Source of the DNA: Candidatus Bathyarchaeota archaeon
Lineage (GTDB): Archaea > Thermoproteota > Bathyarchaeia > TCS64
Direction: 5' to 3'
DNA: 64,000 bases
NCBI GenBank assembly: GCA_026014815.1
Contig: JAOZHP010000077.1
Span: 6,819 to 70,818 of the forward strand
The notes below the pieces were generated by a model. It saw nothing but the letters and a program-made list of their open reading frames with translations. It was not told the DNA's origin and searched no databases. Made by a program: the position numbers and the translations under genes. Positions 18,802 through 28,207 of the stretch are shown here, piece by piece. The first letter of the stretch is position 1. Every line of letters begins with the position of its first letter.

Positions 18802-21467
18802 CTACTGGCTTCCCTTTGTAGCTCGGCGAGGACCTCATTTATGTCTCCCTTGTGCTCAACGAGGAAGCTTCTGCTTAGGCCGCTCTCGAACTCGCTGGCC
18901 TTTCGGTTGAGGCGCTCCATCTCATCGTAGGGCACCAAGTCCTCCATAGTTCCACGACCAGCGACTACCACGATCCTGATTACCCATGGATCACGGCACT
19001 CGACTATCCTGACGGTGATAGTTTTAGATACGTCGCCTGTTACGTAAGCCGCTAGAGCCGTGTTTAGCTCCTGAGTCAAGTCCTCGTCCCAGAGACCAGA
19101 GGGTGTTTGGACGGTGACCCAGAGGTAGTCGCTGCGGTACGTGCTCTTCATTCCCATGATGTTGGGGGTTCTATAGATCCTAATGATGCTTCGCATATAG
19201 TCCTTGAAGTGGTCAACGTCAAGGATCTCTGTGAGGATGCCTTCTCTGTTTAGTTGGTCCTCCTGTTCTGCTAGGATCTTGTAGATGATCTTGCCCTGCT
19301 CATCGCCTGTAAGCTCCGTGGTTCGCTCGTAGAACCTGTTGGACTTTATGATTCGTTGAAGCTTTTCTTGGTAGACTTCACTGAGCTCCAGCACGGTGTT
19401 GAGCTTTTTTCTGTACTCGCTTGTGACCTCTAGCTTCTTGGTGAGTTCCTGATAGAACTCGACTATTGTGTCGGTGCTTCCTATCTGGACGTTGAAGTGC
19501 ATCTCTTCCTCGGTGATGGTCCTGAGTTCACGCTCTACGTCCCTGAGCTTTTCTTTGGCGTACTTTTTCTTACCGAAGAGGCTGAATCCCTTGGACTCTT
19601 TCTCATACTTGTTCCTATCGAATTCCTTGCGCTTCTTCTTCTCCTCAAGCCGTATTAGCTCGTTCTCTAGGTTCTCCCTCCTGTTACGGAACTTTATGAT
19701 GAGTGCCTGAAGGTATGTGAGATGCTCATCGATCATCTTGATCTCGTCGCTGCTAGGCTTGATCATGAGCTGTAGCAGGTGATAGATGGTTGTAAGCTCA
19801 GCCTTCATGTCTTTGAAGTTGACGTTAAGCTTCTCTTCCTCCGGCAATATCTCGTAGCGTCTCATGATGGCATCGATAAAGTGCCTGTTCTCGTTGTAGA
19901 GCCGAAGGATGGTGAGTGCCGTCTCTGTGATCTCAGTGATGTTCATAAAGTCATCGATAAGCTTCTTCTGACGGATTGTGAGCTGCTGGCTGCTAGGCAC
20001 AAGCTGTTCAAGCCGTTCAAATATGGCTGTCTTACGCTCTATGAACTCGGGGTGGGTCCTAGACACGTTCCTGAGTAGACCTTCAAGGCTATCATAGGGG
20101 GTCACCTCGTCTCTGTGAAGGATGAGCTTCGTAACACTGTCTTCGATGGTTCCTTCCGTTGAAACGAGCTTGATGGTATTGATGAACTGCTGACTCTCGT
20201 CGATCCATTTATTAATCTGATCTTCGATGCCCCTGACGTAGAGGCTATAATCCTCGTCGAATCTTGGGCTACTGTGGATGAGAGACTCTATTTTGTCCTC
20301 GAACTCCTCGGCGTTGTAGGCGTTGGTCTTGATGAGGTAGTCCATATAGATCTCGCTGACTTTCACACGTTTCAACTCGAGGACGCTCTGCAGCTTCTCC
20401 AATACCTCTAGTTTCTCTTTCCTTATCTCTGCCAGTTGCTGCATCTTCTCTAGGTTGGACTGGAATGCCTCGACGTACGCGTCCACAGGGTAGTTGACTT
20501 TGATCATGCTGAGTGTGTGGATGGTATTATCGGTGAGTCCTACCTCTGTGCCTATTCCGCTCATGAGATCGGCCATGTCAAAGTCCATGAGTACATAGAT
20601 CATCTCAACGATCATCTTATCGATCTCGTCACGGGCCGCGAGAATGTTCCCTGTCTTACTGTACGCTGGCATTAGCGGTAGGAACATTACGCTGTTGAAC
20701 GGGTTCCTGTAGACTTCTCCTAGTCCATTTGTGATGACCTCGTTCTTCTCCCTGTTGATAAGCAGGCTTAACTCGTTGATGCCGTTGAAAGCTGAGTAGC
20801 CTTTGGCTGGCGGATCGTCTCCCGGGCATGGTAGGATACAAAGTCCCATGATGGGTACGCCGCTGCCAACAGACTGTCGGAGATGCCTAGCGAAGTCCAT
20901 GATCATCCCTGAACCTGTTCCCCCTCCGAGGCCGAACACGATCATGATGATAGGGCTATTTATGCTGCTCAGGGCGTTGTCCTTGAACATGTTGGTGAAG
21001 CTCTTGATTATGCCCAGCTGGTAGTAGTTGAGGTTGTAGATGGCCTTGGCGAGGCTCCTGCGTCTGCCTGCACCTCCTGCTAATGGCGGGATGGCCACGG
21101 TGTTTGGCAGCCACGCGTTATACTCTTTGAGCTTTATGTCCTCGTTTTCAAGGTGTTCCTTGAACTTGTTCTGGACGAAGTCGAACATGGCTTCCGCGGA
21201 GGGGAACTTTACGCTTTTCGCGATTACGCTTAGGCGTTCCTGTGGAATGCCTTTACGCCTCATCTGTTCTAGGATCCGGTTGTAGGTGTCGTTTAGGTTT
21301 TTAATGTCTGGATCCGCGATGTCCATGGCTAACATGCTGAGCCTTGTGGCTCCGCTGTTCAGTAGCTCCATGGTTTTATCTGTTTTTAGGAAGGTTTCCA
21401 CTACGTTGGTTCCTGCTCCTCCGAGGCCAACGAGGTGGATGACGCTTGAGTATCCAAGTTCCGACAT
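18798..21467 (-). CDS. Divergent FtsZ-like GTPase (N-terminal about 320 aa) with a roughly 570-aa C-terminal coiled-coil extension (889 aa)
   Basis: T1 loop HLVGLGGAGTNVVE, T3 loop GGAGRRR, T4 loop IVFGLGGGTGSGM, T5 loop PIMGLCILPCP, T7 loop LMDFDMADLMSGIG, in FtsZ order. The remainder is Glu/Lys/Leu-rich heptad sequence. Its ATG abuts the TAA of the upstream gene (TAAATG). Confidence 0.7.
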   Translation of the reverse strand: MSELGYSSVIHLVGLGGAGTNVVETFLKTDKTMELLNSGATRLSMLAMDIADPDIKNLNDTYNRILEQMRRKGIPQERLSVIAKSVKFPSAEAMFDFVQNKFKEHLENEDIKLKEYNAWLPNTVAIPPLAGGAGRRRSLAKAIYNLNYYQLGIIKSFTNMFKDNALSSINSPIIMIVFGLGGGTGSGMIMDFARHLRQSVGSGVPIMGLCILPCPGDDPPAKGYSAFNGINELSLLINREKNEVITNGLGEVYRNPFNSVMFLPLMPAYSKTGNILAARDEIDKMIVEMIYVLMDFDMADLMSGIGTEVGLTDNTIHTLSMIKVNYPVDAYVEAFQSNLEKMQQLAEIRKEKLEVLEKLQSVLELKRVKVSEIYMDYLIKTNAYNAEEFEDKIESLIHSSPRFDEDYSLYVRGIEDQINKWIDESQQFINTIKLVSTEGTIEDSVTKLILHRDEVTPYDSLEGLLRNVSRTHPEFIERKTAIFERLEQLVPSSQQLTIRQKKLIDDFMNITEITETALTILRLYNENRHFIDAIMRRYEILPEEEKLNVNFKDMKAELTTIYHLLQLMIKPSSDEIKMIDEHLTYLQALIIKFRNRRENLENELIRLEEKKKRKEFDRNKYEKESKGFSLFGKKKYAKEKLRDVERELRTITEEEMHFNVQIGSTDTIVEFYQELTKKLEVTSEYRKKLNTVLELSEVYQEKLQRIIKSNRFYERTTELTGDEQGKIIYKILAEQEDQLNREGILTEILDVDHFKDYMRSIIRIYRTPNIMGMKSTYRSDYLWVTVQTPSGLWDEDLTQELNTALAAYVTGDVSKTITVRIVECRDPWVIRIVVVAGRGTMEDLVPYDEMERLNRKASEFESGLSRSFLVEHKGDINEVLAELQREASS

Positions 21468-22442
21468 TTAGCTTCTCTCCGCCTCTTTAAGTCGATCATT
21501 TATCTCTTGCAGTCTTAAAGCTAGGTTTCTGTCTATACGGGAGGCCCTTGACTGGAGTGCCTCCAGTTCTCTGATCTGGTCCTCCATGATCATTGTGATG
21601 AATCCTGCTCTGGTTCTGGTCCTCATGAATAACACAAGTGAGAGGATAAATAGGACCAGTAGTCCTCCCACCGCTGGAATGAAGTATTTCTCTTGGAAGC
21701 TTGGCCCGGTCTGTATAGGCGGGGCCTCTACTTCCAGTGTGTTCAGAAGATCCATGGCTGAGTCCACTAGTCCAAACTCTGCCTCGTCTTTGGCTAATGC
21801 AACAAAGTTCTCGTATAGCTGGATGTACGCAGGGTCTACATCGCTTTCTATATAGTCCTGCAGCTCCACTTCCTTCTGGCTGAGTATGAACTGGTAGTCA
21901 TCTATTTTGCTGTCTATGACATGTATCTCTATCTCGTCATAGATGCTATCAGCTGGGCCTATGAGCATCAGTATCGTCAGGTCCACGGGCCTGTGGAGAG
22001 CCACCGTTGTCCCCGCCGACGTTGTGAGGTCCTTGTCTATCTTTCCGATGATCGAGATCTCGTAGACCCCCATTGTGTGATTAAACATGATTCTTCGTTC
22101 TGATGGGTTAAAGTCATCAGTGAGTGGTAGGTCGATGGTCTCTATCTCCCAGAAGACCTCCTCTGACTGCTTCTCAATGGAGTTTGAGAGAATTAGTTCA
22201 AGGACGGCGTTGTCTACTGTTTGCCTCACGTTCAGGGTGAAGGTGAGGATATACTCGTCTCCCGCGAGTACCGGCGCGTTTTGAAGTAACTGACCGGTGT
22301 CTGATTGCCATGCCAGAACCATCTGGTTTGTGGCGTAGTTCTTCATGGTGAACTCCTCTATCCATGGTAGAGTCTGTCCCCTGACACCCATCGTTGGTGT
22401 GAGAAGAACAACTATGATTATGACAACGCAAAGTTTTCTCAC
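21468..22442 (-). CDS. Single-pass membrane protein: signal peptide, roughly 240-aa extracytoplasmic domain, TM helix, cytoplasmic coiled-coil tail; first gene of the operon with the FtsZ-like GTPase
   Basis: MRKLCVVIIIVVLLTPTMGVRG is signal-peptide-like. AVGGLLVLFILSLVLFM is a TM helix. The tail IMEDQIRELEALQSRASRIDRNLALRLQEINDRLKEAERS is coiled-coil-like. TAA immediately followed by ATG of the next gene. Confidence 0.55.
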   Translation of the reverse strand: MRKLCVVIIIVVLLTPTMGVRGQTLPWIEEFTMKNYATNQMVLAWQSDTGQLLQNAPVLAGDEYILTFTLNVRQTVDNAVLELILSNSIEKQSEEVFWEIETIDLPLTDDFNPSERRIMFNHTMGVYEISIIGKIDKDLTTSAGTTVALHRPVDLTILMLIGPADSIYDEIEIHVIDSKIDDYQFILSQKEVELQDYIESDVDPAYIQLYENFVALAKDEAEFGLVDSAMDLLNTLEVEAPPIQTGPSFQEKYFIPAVGGLLVLFILSLVLFMRTRTRAGFITMIMEDQIRELEALQSRASRIDRNLALRLQEINDRLKEAERS

Positions 22443-22725
22443 TGCTCTAGCCCCTGTATTCTACTCTGGATTAACTTTACCATTTAAATTGTCCTGTATG
22501 GTGCACTAGCTACTTACAATCTATGTTTCAAGAATATATTGATTGTCTCCAATATAATTCCGGTAAATCACCGGTCTATTCGCCTATTTATGAATGATTT
22601 GCCGTCGCATCAGTATCTGCGTAGGAAATATGATGATTTATAACTATTTACAGGAAATTCATCGCGGGAGAAGAAAATGTTTTTGGACAGTTAGAGTTTT
22701 CAGTCGAAACTCAGGGTTTCTAATT

Positions 22726-24090
22726 ATGGTTGATTATCTGATAAAAGGCGGTTTGATTTACACCATGGATAGGGGGCGTCATGTGATAGAGGACGGTGCT
22801 GTGATGGTTGAGAATGATCATATAGTTGCAGTAGGTAAGTCCACCGAGATCGAGAGAAGCTATGAGGCTGAAACTGTAATCGAGGCTGCGGGTAAAGCGG
22901 TTCTACCTGGGTTCGTCAATGTGCACACGCATTTGCCTAGCATATTCGTTCGCGGAGTATATGGAGTCGTCCGTGAGGGACTATACCAAGTCCTGTTCCC
23001 TGTTAAAGAGTACCTGAAGCCTGAGCACTGTTATGTTCTAGGTCTTGCGAGCTGCGCTGAGGCGCTTACAAGTGGCTCGACCACTATTCAGGAGACCTAC
23101 AATTACATGGATATGTTCGCGAGGGCCGCCGAGGAATCGGGTATAAGAGCCGACCTCGGTGAGCAGATCGCTGAGGCTGACTATCAGGCAATCAAAGACG
23201 GTGTATACGAGTATCGCTCGGAGCAGGCTGAGGAAATGATCAAGAGAGCAAAATCTCTAAAGGACAAGTGGGATGGCGCCGCTGATGGACGCCTCACGGT
23301 TAGTTGGGCTCCGCTGGCGCCTGACATGTGCACTCCATGGGTCTACGAGGAGGTTATGAAGCTCCACAAGCCTGGAGAGAAGGTTAGCACTCATGTGGAG
23401 CAGAGCAGAAGAGAGGTGGACCAAGTCAGGAAGCTGTACGGTAAGACCAGCGTCGAGCACCTGAAAGACATGGGTGTTCTTGGCCCTGATCTCATCGGTG
23501 CTCACTGTATCTTCAACAGCGACAAGGATCTGCGTCTTATGAAGGAGGCAGATGCCAGTGTTCTTCACTGTCCTCGTCCTTACCTGCTGGGTGGAGCCAC
23601 CGCGCCTCTAGCCCGTTGGATAGGTATGGGGATAAAGGTTGGGCTCGGTACGGATAACGTGAATCACACCATGTGGGAGACCATGCGGGCGGCTCTTTAC
23701 GGTGCACGTCACCGTGAGACATTGGGTGAGCTGGGGAGTCCGAGTTACTATGAGGTTCTTGAACTAGCGACCATCAAGGGCGCTGAGGTGATGGGAGTCT
23801 CGGATAAGGTCGGCAGCCTTGAGCCAGGAAAGAAGGCTGACCTTCAACTCATCGACTTAAAGTGTCCACATATCATGCCTACCGCGGATGTCACTTCCAG
23901 CCTGGTTCTTTACGGTGGCACCGTGAACGTGGATACCGTGATGGTGAATGGACGGATCGTAAAGCAGAACGGTGAGATCACCATCATGGATGTCGGGAAG
24001 GTTTTGGATGAGGCTCAGGAGATCACTGATGAGATATGGAGTGGATTGTTCAGTGATCGCCCTGAACTCCGTAAGCTGGTGAAGGGCTGA
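22726..24090 (+). CDS. Amidohydrolase-superfamily deaminase (MtaD/SsnA/TrzA-like; 5'-deoxyadenosine/SAH or guanine deaminase type)
   Basis: LPGFVNVHTHLPS (metal-binding HxH) and the C-terminal GLGTDN...H motif pattern. Start set at the internal ATG 22726 (MVDYLIKGGLIYTMD). TGA stop. Confidence 0.65.
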   Translation: MVDYLIKGGLIYTMDRGRHVIEDGAVMVENDHIVAVGKSTEIERSYEAETVIEAAGKAVLPGFVNVHTHLPSIFVRGVYGVVREGLYQVLFPVKEYLKPEHCYVLGLASCAEALTSGSTTIQETYNYMDMFARAAEESGIRADLGEQIAEADYQAIKDGVYEYRSEQAEEMIKRAKSLKDKWDGAADGRLTVSWAPLAPDMCTPWVYEEVMKLHKPGEKVSTHVEQSRREVDQVRKLYGKTSVEHLKDMGVLGPDLIGAHCIFNSDKDLRLMKEADASVLHCPRPYLLGGATAPLARWIGMGIKVGLGTDNVNHTMWETMRAALYGARHRETLGELGSPSYYEVLELATIKGAEVMGVSDKVGSLEPGKKADLQLIDLKCPHIMPTADVTSSLVLYGGTVNVDTVMVNGRIVKQNGEITIMDVGKVLDEAQEITDEIWSGLFSDRPELRKLVKG

Positions 24091-24130
24091 TTATTTCACT
24101 CATTTTTTATTTCGCCGTGATAGGGGTGGT

Positions 24131-25105
24131 TTGATGAATTTAGCTATAATTACAAGTAGCATTGTCAACGTGAGTCTTCTTGTAATTCTGTGTATAGGCT
24201 TCACATTCACTTATATGATGGAAAAGTTCCCCAACTTCGCCCACACCAGCTACGCAAGCATAGGGACTATGGTGGCGTTCTACCTTGTCCGGTTTCAGGG
24301 CTTTAACCCGTATTTTACTTGGCCCGTGGCAGCTGTTATTGGCGGTTTCACGGGTATCTTGCTGTATCTGGGGATTGTTCAACCCATCAAGAATCGGAGT
24401 ATGAGGGAGATCACATTGACTTTCACTTTCTACATTATCAGCCAGATGATTACCTCGGGGTTGGCAATGTTCAGTTACTGGCTTCTAATAGAAACCGGAA
24501 CCCCGTCTTCTGGATTCATGCTCAGGACCTTCGACTTCAGAGTCTGGGGAGTCCCCGGGATCTGCTTGATGGCTCCCATTATCATGGTATTTTTGGTGCT
24601 AACGTTGAATATCTTCCTCTACTACGCCAAATATGGTATAGCCATGAGGGCAACAGCTGAGGACGAGAAGCTATCCTCGAGTCTCGGAGTCAATGTAGAT
24701 AGAATGCATCTAGCTTCCTGGTTCATCTCCGGCGCTCTCAGCGCCCTCGCAGGCGCCATACTGCCGATGTGGATGGGGACGAGCGTTAACTACAGTGACG
24801 TGTTACTGGTCAGCGTCATGGCTGGAAGCGTACTCGGGGGACTTGATAGCATCAATGGGGCTATCATTGGGGGTTTCCTAGTGGCTTCAAGTAAAAAAAT
24901 CCTCACATACTATCTTATGGGTATTCTCGGCCCATGGATAGGTGCATACGAGGAACTGATACCAACACTCATCCTGTTCTTCATCCTGGCTATAGAGCCC
25001 AACGGATTGATGGCACTAAAAGGGAAGAATGTCTCTGTCGCGGGGATCAAGGAATCACTTCTACGTTTCCGCAAGACGATCTGGAACCTGTTGACGACTG
25101 AGTAG
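24131..25105 (+). CDS. ABC transporter permease, branched-chain amino acid type (LivH/LivM family), orphan (no adjacent ATPase or binding protein)
   Basis: 324-aa polytopic protein. AMRATAEDEKLSSSLGVNVDRMHLASWFISGALSALAG matches the LivH/LivM conserved cytoplasmic loop. Confidence 0.6.
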   Translation: MMNLAIITSSIVNVSLLVILCIGFTFTYMMEKFPNFAHTSYASIGTMVAFYLVRFQGFNPYFTWPVAAVIGGFTGILLYLGIVQPIKNRSMREITLTFTFYIISQMITSGLAMFSYWLLIETGTPSSGFMLRTFDFRVWGVPGICLMAPIIMVFLVLTLNIFLYYAKYGIAMRATAEDEKLSSSLGVNVDRMHLASWFISGALSALAGAILPMWMGTSVNYSDVLLVSVMAGSVLGGLDSINGAIIGGFLVASSKKILTYYLMGILGPWIGAYEELIPTLILFFILAIEPNGLMALKGKNVSVAGIKESLLRFRKTIWNLLTTE

Positions 25106-25166
25106 TTTAGCCGTTTATCATACTTTCAGTCACCAGTGTCTCCTTTCGAGTAATCAAGCTGTTTAA

Positions 25167-27170
25167 ATGAGGATTGATTACTATGGTACTGCCATGCCCT
25201 CCGCCGTGCAGTGCCCTCGCTGTAAACGCATCTACACCGTGGAGGAGTACAAGGAAGACAGGTTCTGCAGAGACTGCGATACATTGCTGAAGATAGTTCA
25301 GGAGAGCCAGCTTCAGCCCGATGACTGGCGGCGGCTGTTTCCCTACGAGCCTTACCCACAGCAAGTTGACTTCATTAAAGACGTGGAGGAAACAGTATCT
25401 AGAGGTAAGGTCCTCATAGCAGAGGCGTGCAACGGGTTCGGTAAGACCATCAGCAGCCTCAGCTGCCTCCTAGCCCAGGGAAAAAAGATAATCTATGCAA
25501 CTAGAACTCATGAGCAGGTCCGACAGGTCCTCCTTGAGATTGAGACCATCAACAAGAAGAACAGCGAGAAATTTAAGGCTGTGAACCTCGCGAGCCGGGT
25601 CTTCCTGTGTATCAACCCTGACTGCAGGGAGCTTCCCTCAAACGAGGCGCAGGAGATGTGTCATATCCTCCGTAAATCCGATGAGTGTCCCTTCATCCAT
25701 GAACTCGAGAAGGCGCCACGGACCATCCCAGCCGTCCTGTCAAAGGAGACACTGGTCTCGGAGGGAAGGCGTCGAAAGATATGTCCATACTTTCTCGCAC
25801 GGTTCATGTCAAAGGAGAGTGATGTCGTCGTAGCTCCTTATCCCTACGTTTTCAATCCCATGATCAGGCTCGCGACAGGCTTTGACTTGTCGGGAAAGGT
25901 GCTCATATTGGACGAGGGTCACAACATCGACCAGGTAGGTCAGGGCATCATGAGCGACACACTCACTGAGCGGGGTCTCAGCGCTGCAGCGGAGGAGGTG
26001 AAGCTCGTAGGCGAGTCAGCCAGCGTTATCAATCGTCTTGGTGAGCATCTCCTCAAGAACGACAAGGAGAAACCGCGCCTTATCTCAGCGTCAAAGCTTG
26101 AGGAGACACTTGAGAAGGTTCTGAGAATGGAGATACACCAGTTCCTTGATGAGCATGCTCCTCTCGTGGAGCAGATCCGCTTAAAGAAACTGAAATCAGG
26201 TAAACCTCCGACCTCCTATCTTAACGGTTTATTGGGTTTCTTTGAGCTTCTCCAGACCAGCCGGAAGGAGAAATACGTCGCTGTCTACAAGAGGAACTAT
26301 TACGGTTCACCAATCATCGAGTACAGGTGCTTGGACCCGAGCCTCGCGGTGCTCCCGATAGTGAAGGAAGCGGACGGCGTCTTGATAATGAGCGGCACCC
26401 TCAGTCCCATAGACATCTTCGCTGAGATTATCGGTCTTAAGGACGCGACTTTGAAGGCTTACCCAAGCATCCAGAAAAGCAAGAAGATACAGATGGTAAT
26501 CGAGACCGGCGTCACCTCCACCTACAAGGAACGTAACGAGGCGATGATAGCGAGGTACGGCGAGTTAATCTCTGACGCCTTGCAGAAGGTACCTCAGGGA
26601 GCCCTTATTTTCTTCACTCAGAGAGGGTTCATGAACACATGTCTGGACACGTGGGAGCGAAAAGGCATAATGAAGAGGAACGGCGGACGCCAGTTCCTAG
26701 GCGGTAAACAGCTCTTCAGGGAGGGCAGGGACGCCCGGAACAACCGGGACGTGGTGTCCAGGTATAAACGGATGGCGGTCAGCATCGGCGGCGCGGTTCT
26801 AACTTGCGTGTTCAGGGGTAGGAACAGCGAGGGAAGTAACTTCCCAGGAGACGAGGCACGAGGAATATTCCTCGTAGGACTACCCTATGCAAACTACGGT
26901 GATCCACTGGTGAAGGCCCAGATCAAGTACTTCGACAAGGTCAAGCGGGGGCTCGGTAACAAGTGGTACACCATGGATGCTTTCAGAGCCGCCAATCAGA
27001 GCCTCGGCAGAGGCATCCGTGGCAGGGATGACTGGTGCCATTACTGGTTACTGGATCGACGGTACAAGGAGCAGAGGAACCTGATATCCAAGTGGGCGAT
27101 GGGTGACGGACCTGAGATTAACCATACTCAACGGGTGGCTCAACAAACCTTCAAGCGTCTCGGACCTTAA
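25167..27170 (+). CDS. XPD/Rad3-family (DEAD_2) DNA helicase with an N-terminal zinc ribbon
   Basis: N-terminal CPRC...CRDC. Walker A AEACNGFGKT. The 4Fe-4S Cys cluster is spaced as CINPDC...C...C. DEGH box at ILDEGHNI. C-terminal helicase motifs. 667 aa. Confidence 0.75.
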   Translation: MRIDYYGTAMPSAVQCPRCKRIYTVEEYKEDRFCRDCDTLLKIVQESQLQPDDWRRLFPYEPYPQQVDFIKDVEETVSRGKVLIAEACNGFGKTISSLSCLLAQGKKIIYATRTHEQVRQVLLEIETINKKNSEKFKAVNLASRVFLCINPDCRELPSNEAQEMCHILRKSDECPFIHELEKAPRTIPAVLSKETLVSEGRRRKICPYFLARFMSKESDVVVAPYPYVFNPMIRLATGFDLSGKVLILDEGHNIDQVGQGIMSDTLTERGLSAAAEEVKLVGESASVINRLGEHLLKNDKEKPRLISASKLEETLEKVLRMEIHQFLDEHAPLVEQIRLKKLKSGKPPTSYLNGLLGFFELLQTSRKEKYVAVYKRNYYGSPIIEYRCLDPSLAVLPIVKEADGVLIMSGTLSPIDIFAEIIGLKDATLKAYPSIQKSKKIQMVIETGVTSTYKERNEAMIARYGELISDALQKVPQGALIFFTQRGFMNTCLDTWERKGIMKRNGGRQFLGGKQLFREGRDARNNRDVVSRYKRMAVSIGGAVLTCVFRGRNSEGSNFPGDEARGIFLVGLPYANYGDPLVKAQIKYFDKVKRGLGNKWYTMDAFRAANQSLGRGIRGRDDWCHYWLLDRRYKEQRNLISKWAMGDGPEINHTQRVAQQTFKRLGP

Positions 27171-27217
27171 CTGGATTCATAATAGAGGTTTTAAGCCCAA
27201 GGTAAAGACACCTATCT

Positions 27218-28207
27218 ATGGCTATCTTGCCTGATGAGTATGTCCTAGGGGTTGATGGTGGGGGGACTTGGACTCGAAGCATCATCATGAGACTAGACGG
27301 GACAGTGTTGGGGAAAGGCAGCGCTGGGCCCTCAAACCCATTAACCATAGGAATGGATGCGGCTCTAGAGAACATCACTCAAGCAGTGGACGAAGCTAAG
27401 AGTGAAGCAGATGTAAAATCATTCAAAGCCAGCAGGCTAGGCCTCGCTGGGGGAGCCCGATCAGTCCTTGGAGACAGGATGGTGGAACGTCTCCCCGAGA
27501 ACTATGGGGATACAGGGATCATCTCTGACACTGAATCCGCGTTGGCTGGCTCCACAGGGTGTAGGCCCGGGGTCGTGGTGATAGCTGGCACGGGTTCTAA
27601 CGTGTATGGAAAGAACGCACAAGGCGAGGAGGCGAAGGCGGGGGGATGGGGATGGCGCCTCGGTGACGAGGGAAGCGGGTACACGATAGGCAAGAACGCG
27701 ATAATAGCAGCATTAGAGTATCATGATGGAAGAGGACCATACACGACGCTCAAGGAGAGCATCCTGAGATACCTCGAAATCAAAGACATTGAGGAAATCA
27801 TCGACTGGACCTATGACTCTGGACGCGAGCCCAGACACTTTGCTTCACTGGTCCCATTAGTTAAGGAAGCTGAGAAGAGTGGAGATAAGGTCGCCGCTAA
27901 GATCATGATGGAGGTTGGCGCCCAGCTAGGAGGTATCGCTCAGGTAGTAGTAAGGAGACTAGGACTAACGGGAGCTTTTCCTGTTGCGTATGTCGGCGGT
28001 GTATTCAAGCAACCCCTTTCCTACAACGTTGCATTTGAGGAGAAGGTTCGCCAAGTAGCCCCGGACTGTCAAATAATTGAGCCGTTGTTCTCTCCCACCG
28101 TTGGCTCGGCTCTTCTAGCCCTAATAGCTATGGGGATTGATGTAGATGACGACCTCCTCAACAACGTAAAGACGAGCTTCACTGGTAGAGGTGACGTGAA
28201 TGAGTAG
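27218..28207 (+). CDS. BadF/BadG/BcrA/BcrD-type ATPase sugar kinase (MurK/N-acetylglucosamine kinase-like)
   Basis: LGVDGGGTWTRS (ASKHA phosphate-1), IAGTGSNVYG (phosphate-2), GWGWRLGDEGSGYTIG. Overlaps murQ by 8 nt. Confidence 0.6.
   Translation: MAILPDEYVLGVDGGGTWTRSIIMRLDGTVLGKGSAGPSNPLTIGMDAALENITQAVDEAKSEADVKSFKASRLGLAGGARSVLGDRMVERLPENYGDTGIISDTESALAGSTGCRPGVVVIAGTGSNVYGKNAQGEEAKAGGWGWRLGDEGSGYTIGKNAIIAALEYHDGRGPYTTLKESILRYLEIKDIEEIIDWTYDSGREPRHFASLVPLVKEAEKSGDKVAAKIMMEVGAQLGGIAQVVVRRLGLTGAFPVAYVGGVFKQPLSYNVAFEEKVRQVAPDCQIIEPLFSPTVGSALLALIAMGIDVDDDLLNNVKTSFTGRGDVNE

Noticed and set aside
22443-22725. Intergenic region upstream of the amidohydrolase as a possible ncRNA
   Set aside because: AT-rich, without conserved stem-loop structure apparent by eye. 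It is more simply the divergent promoter region for the 324-aa/FtsZ-like operon and the amidohydrolase gene.
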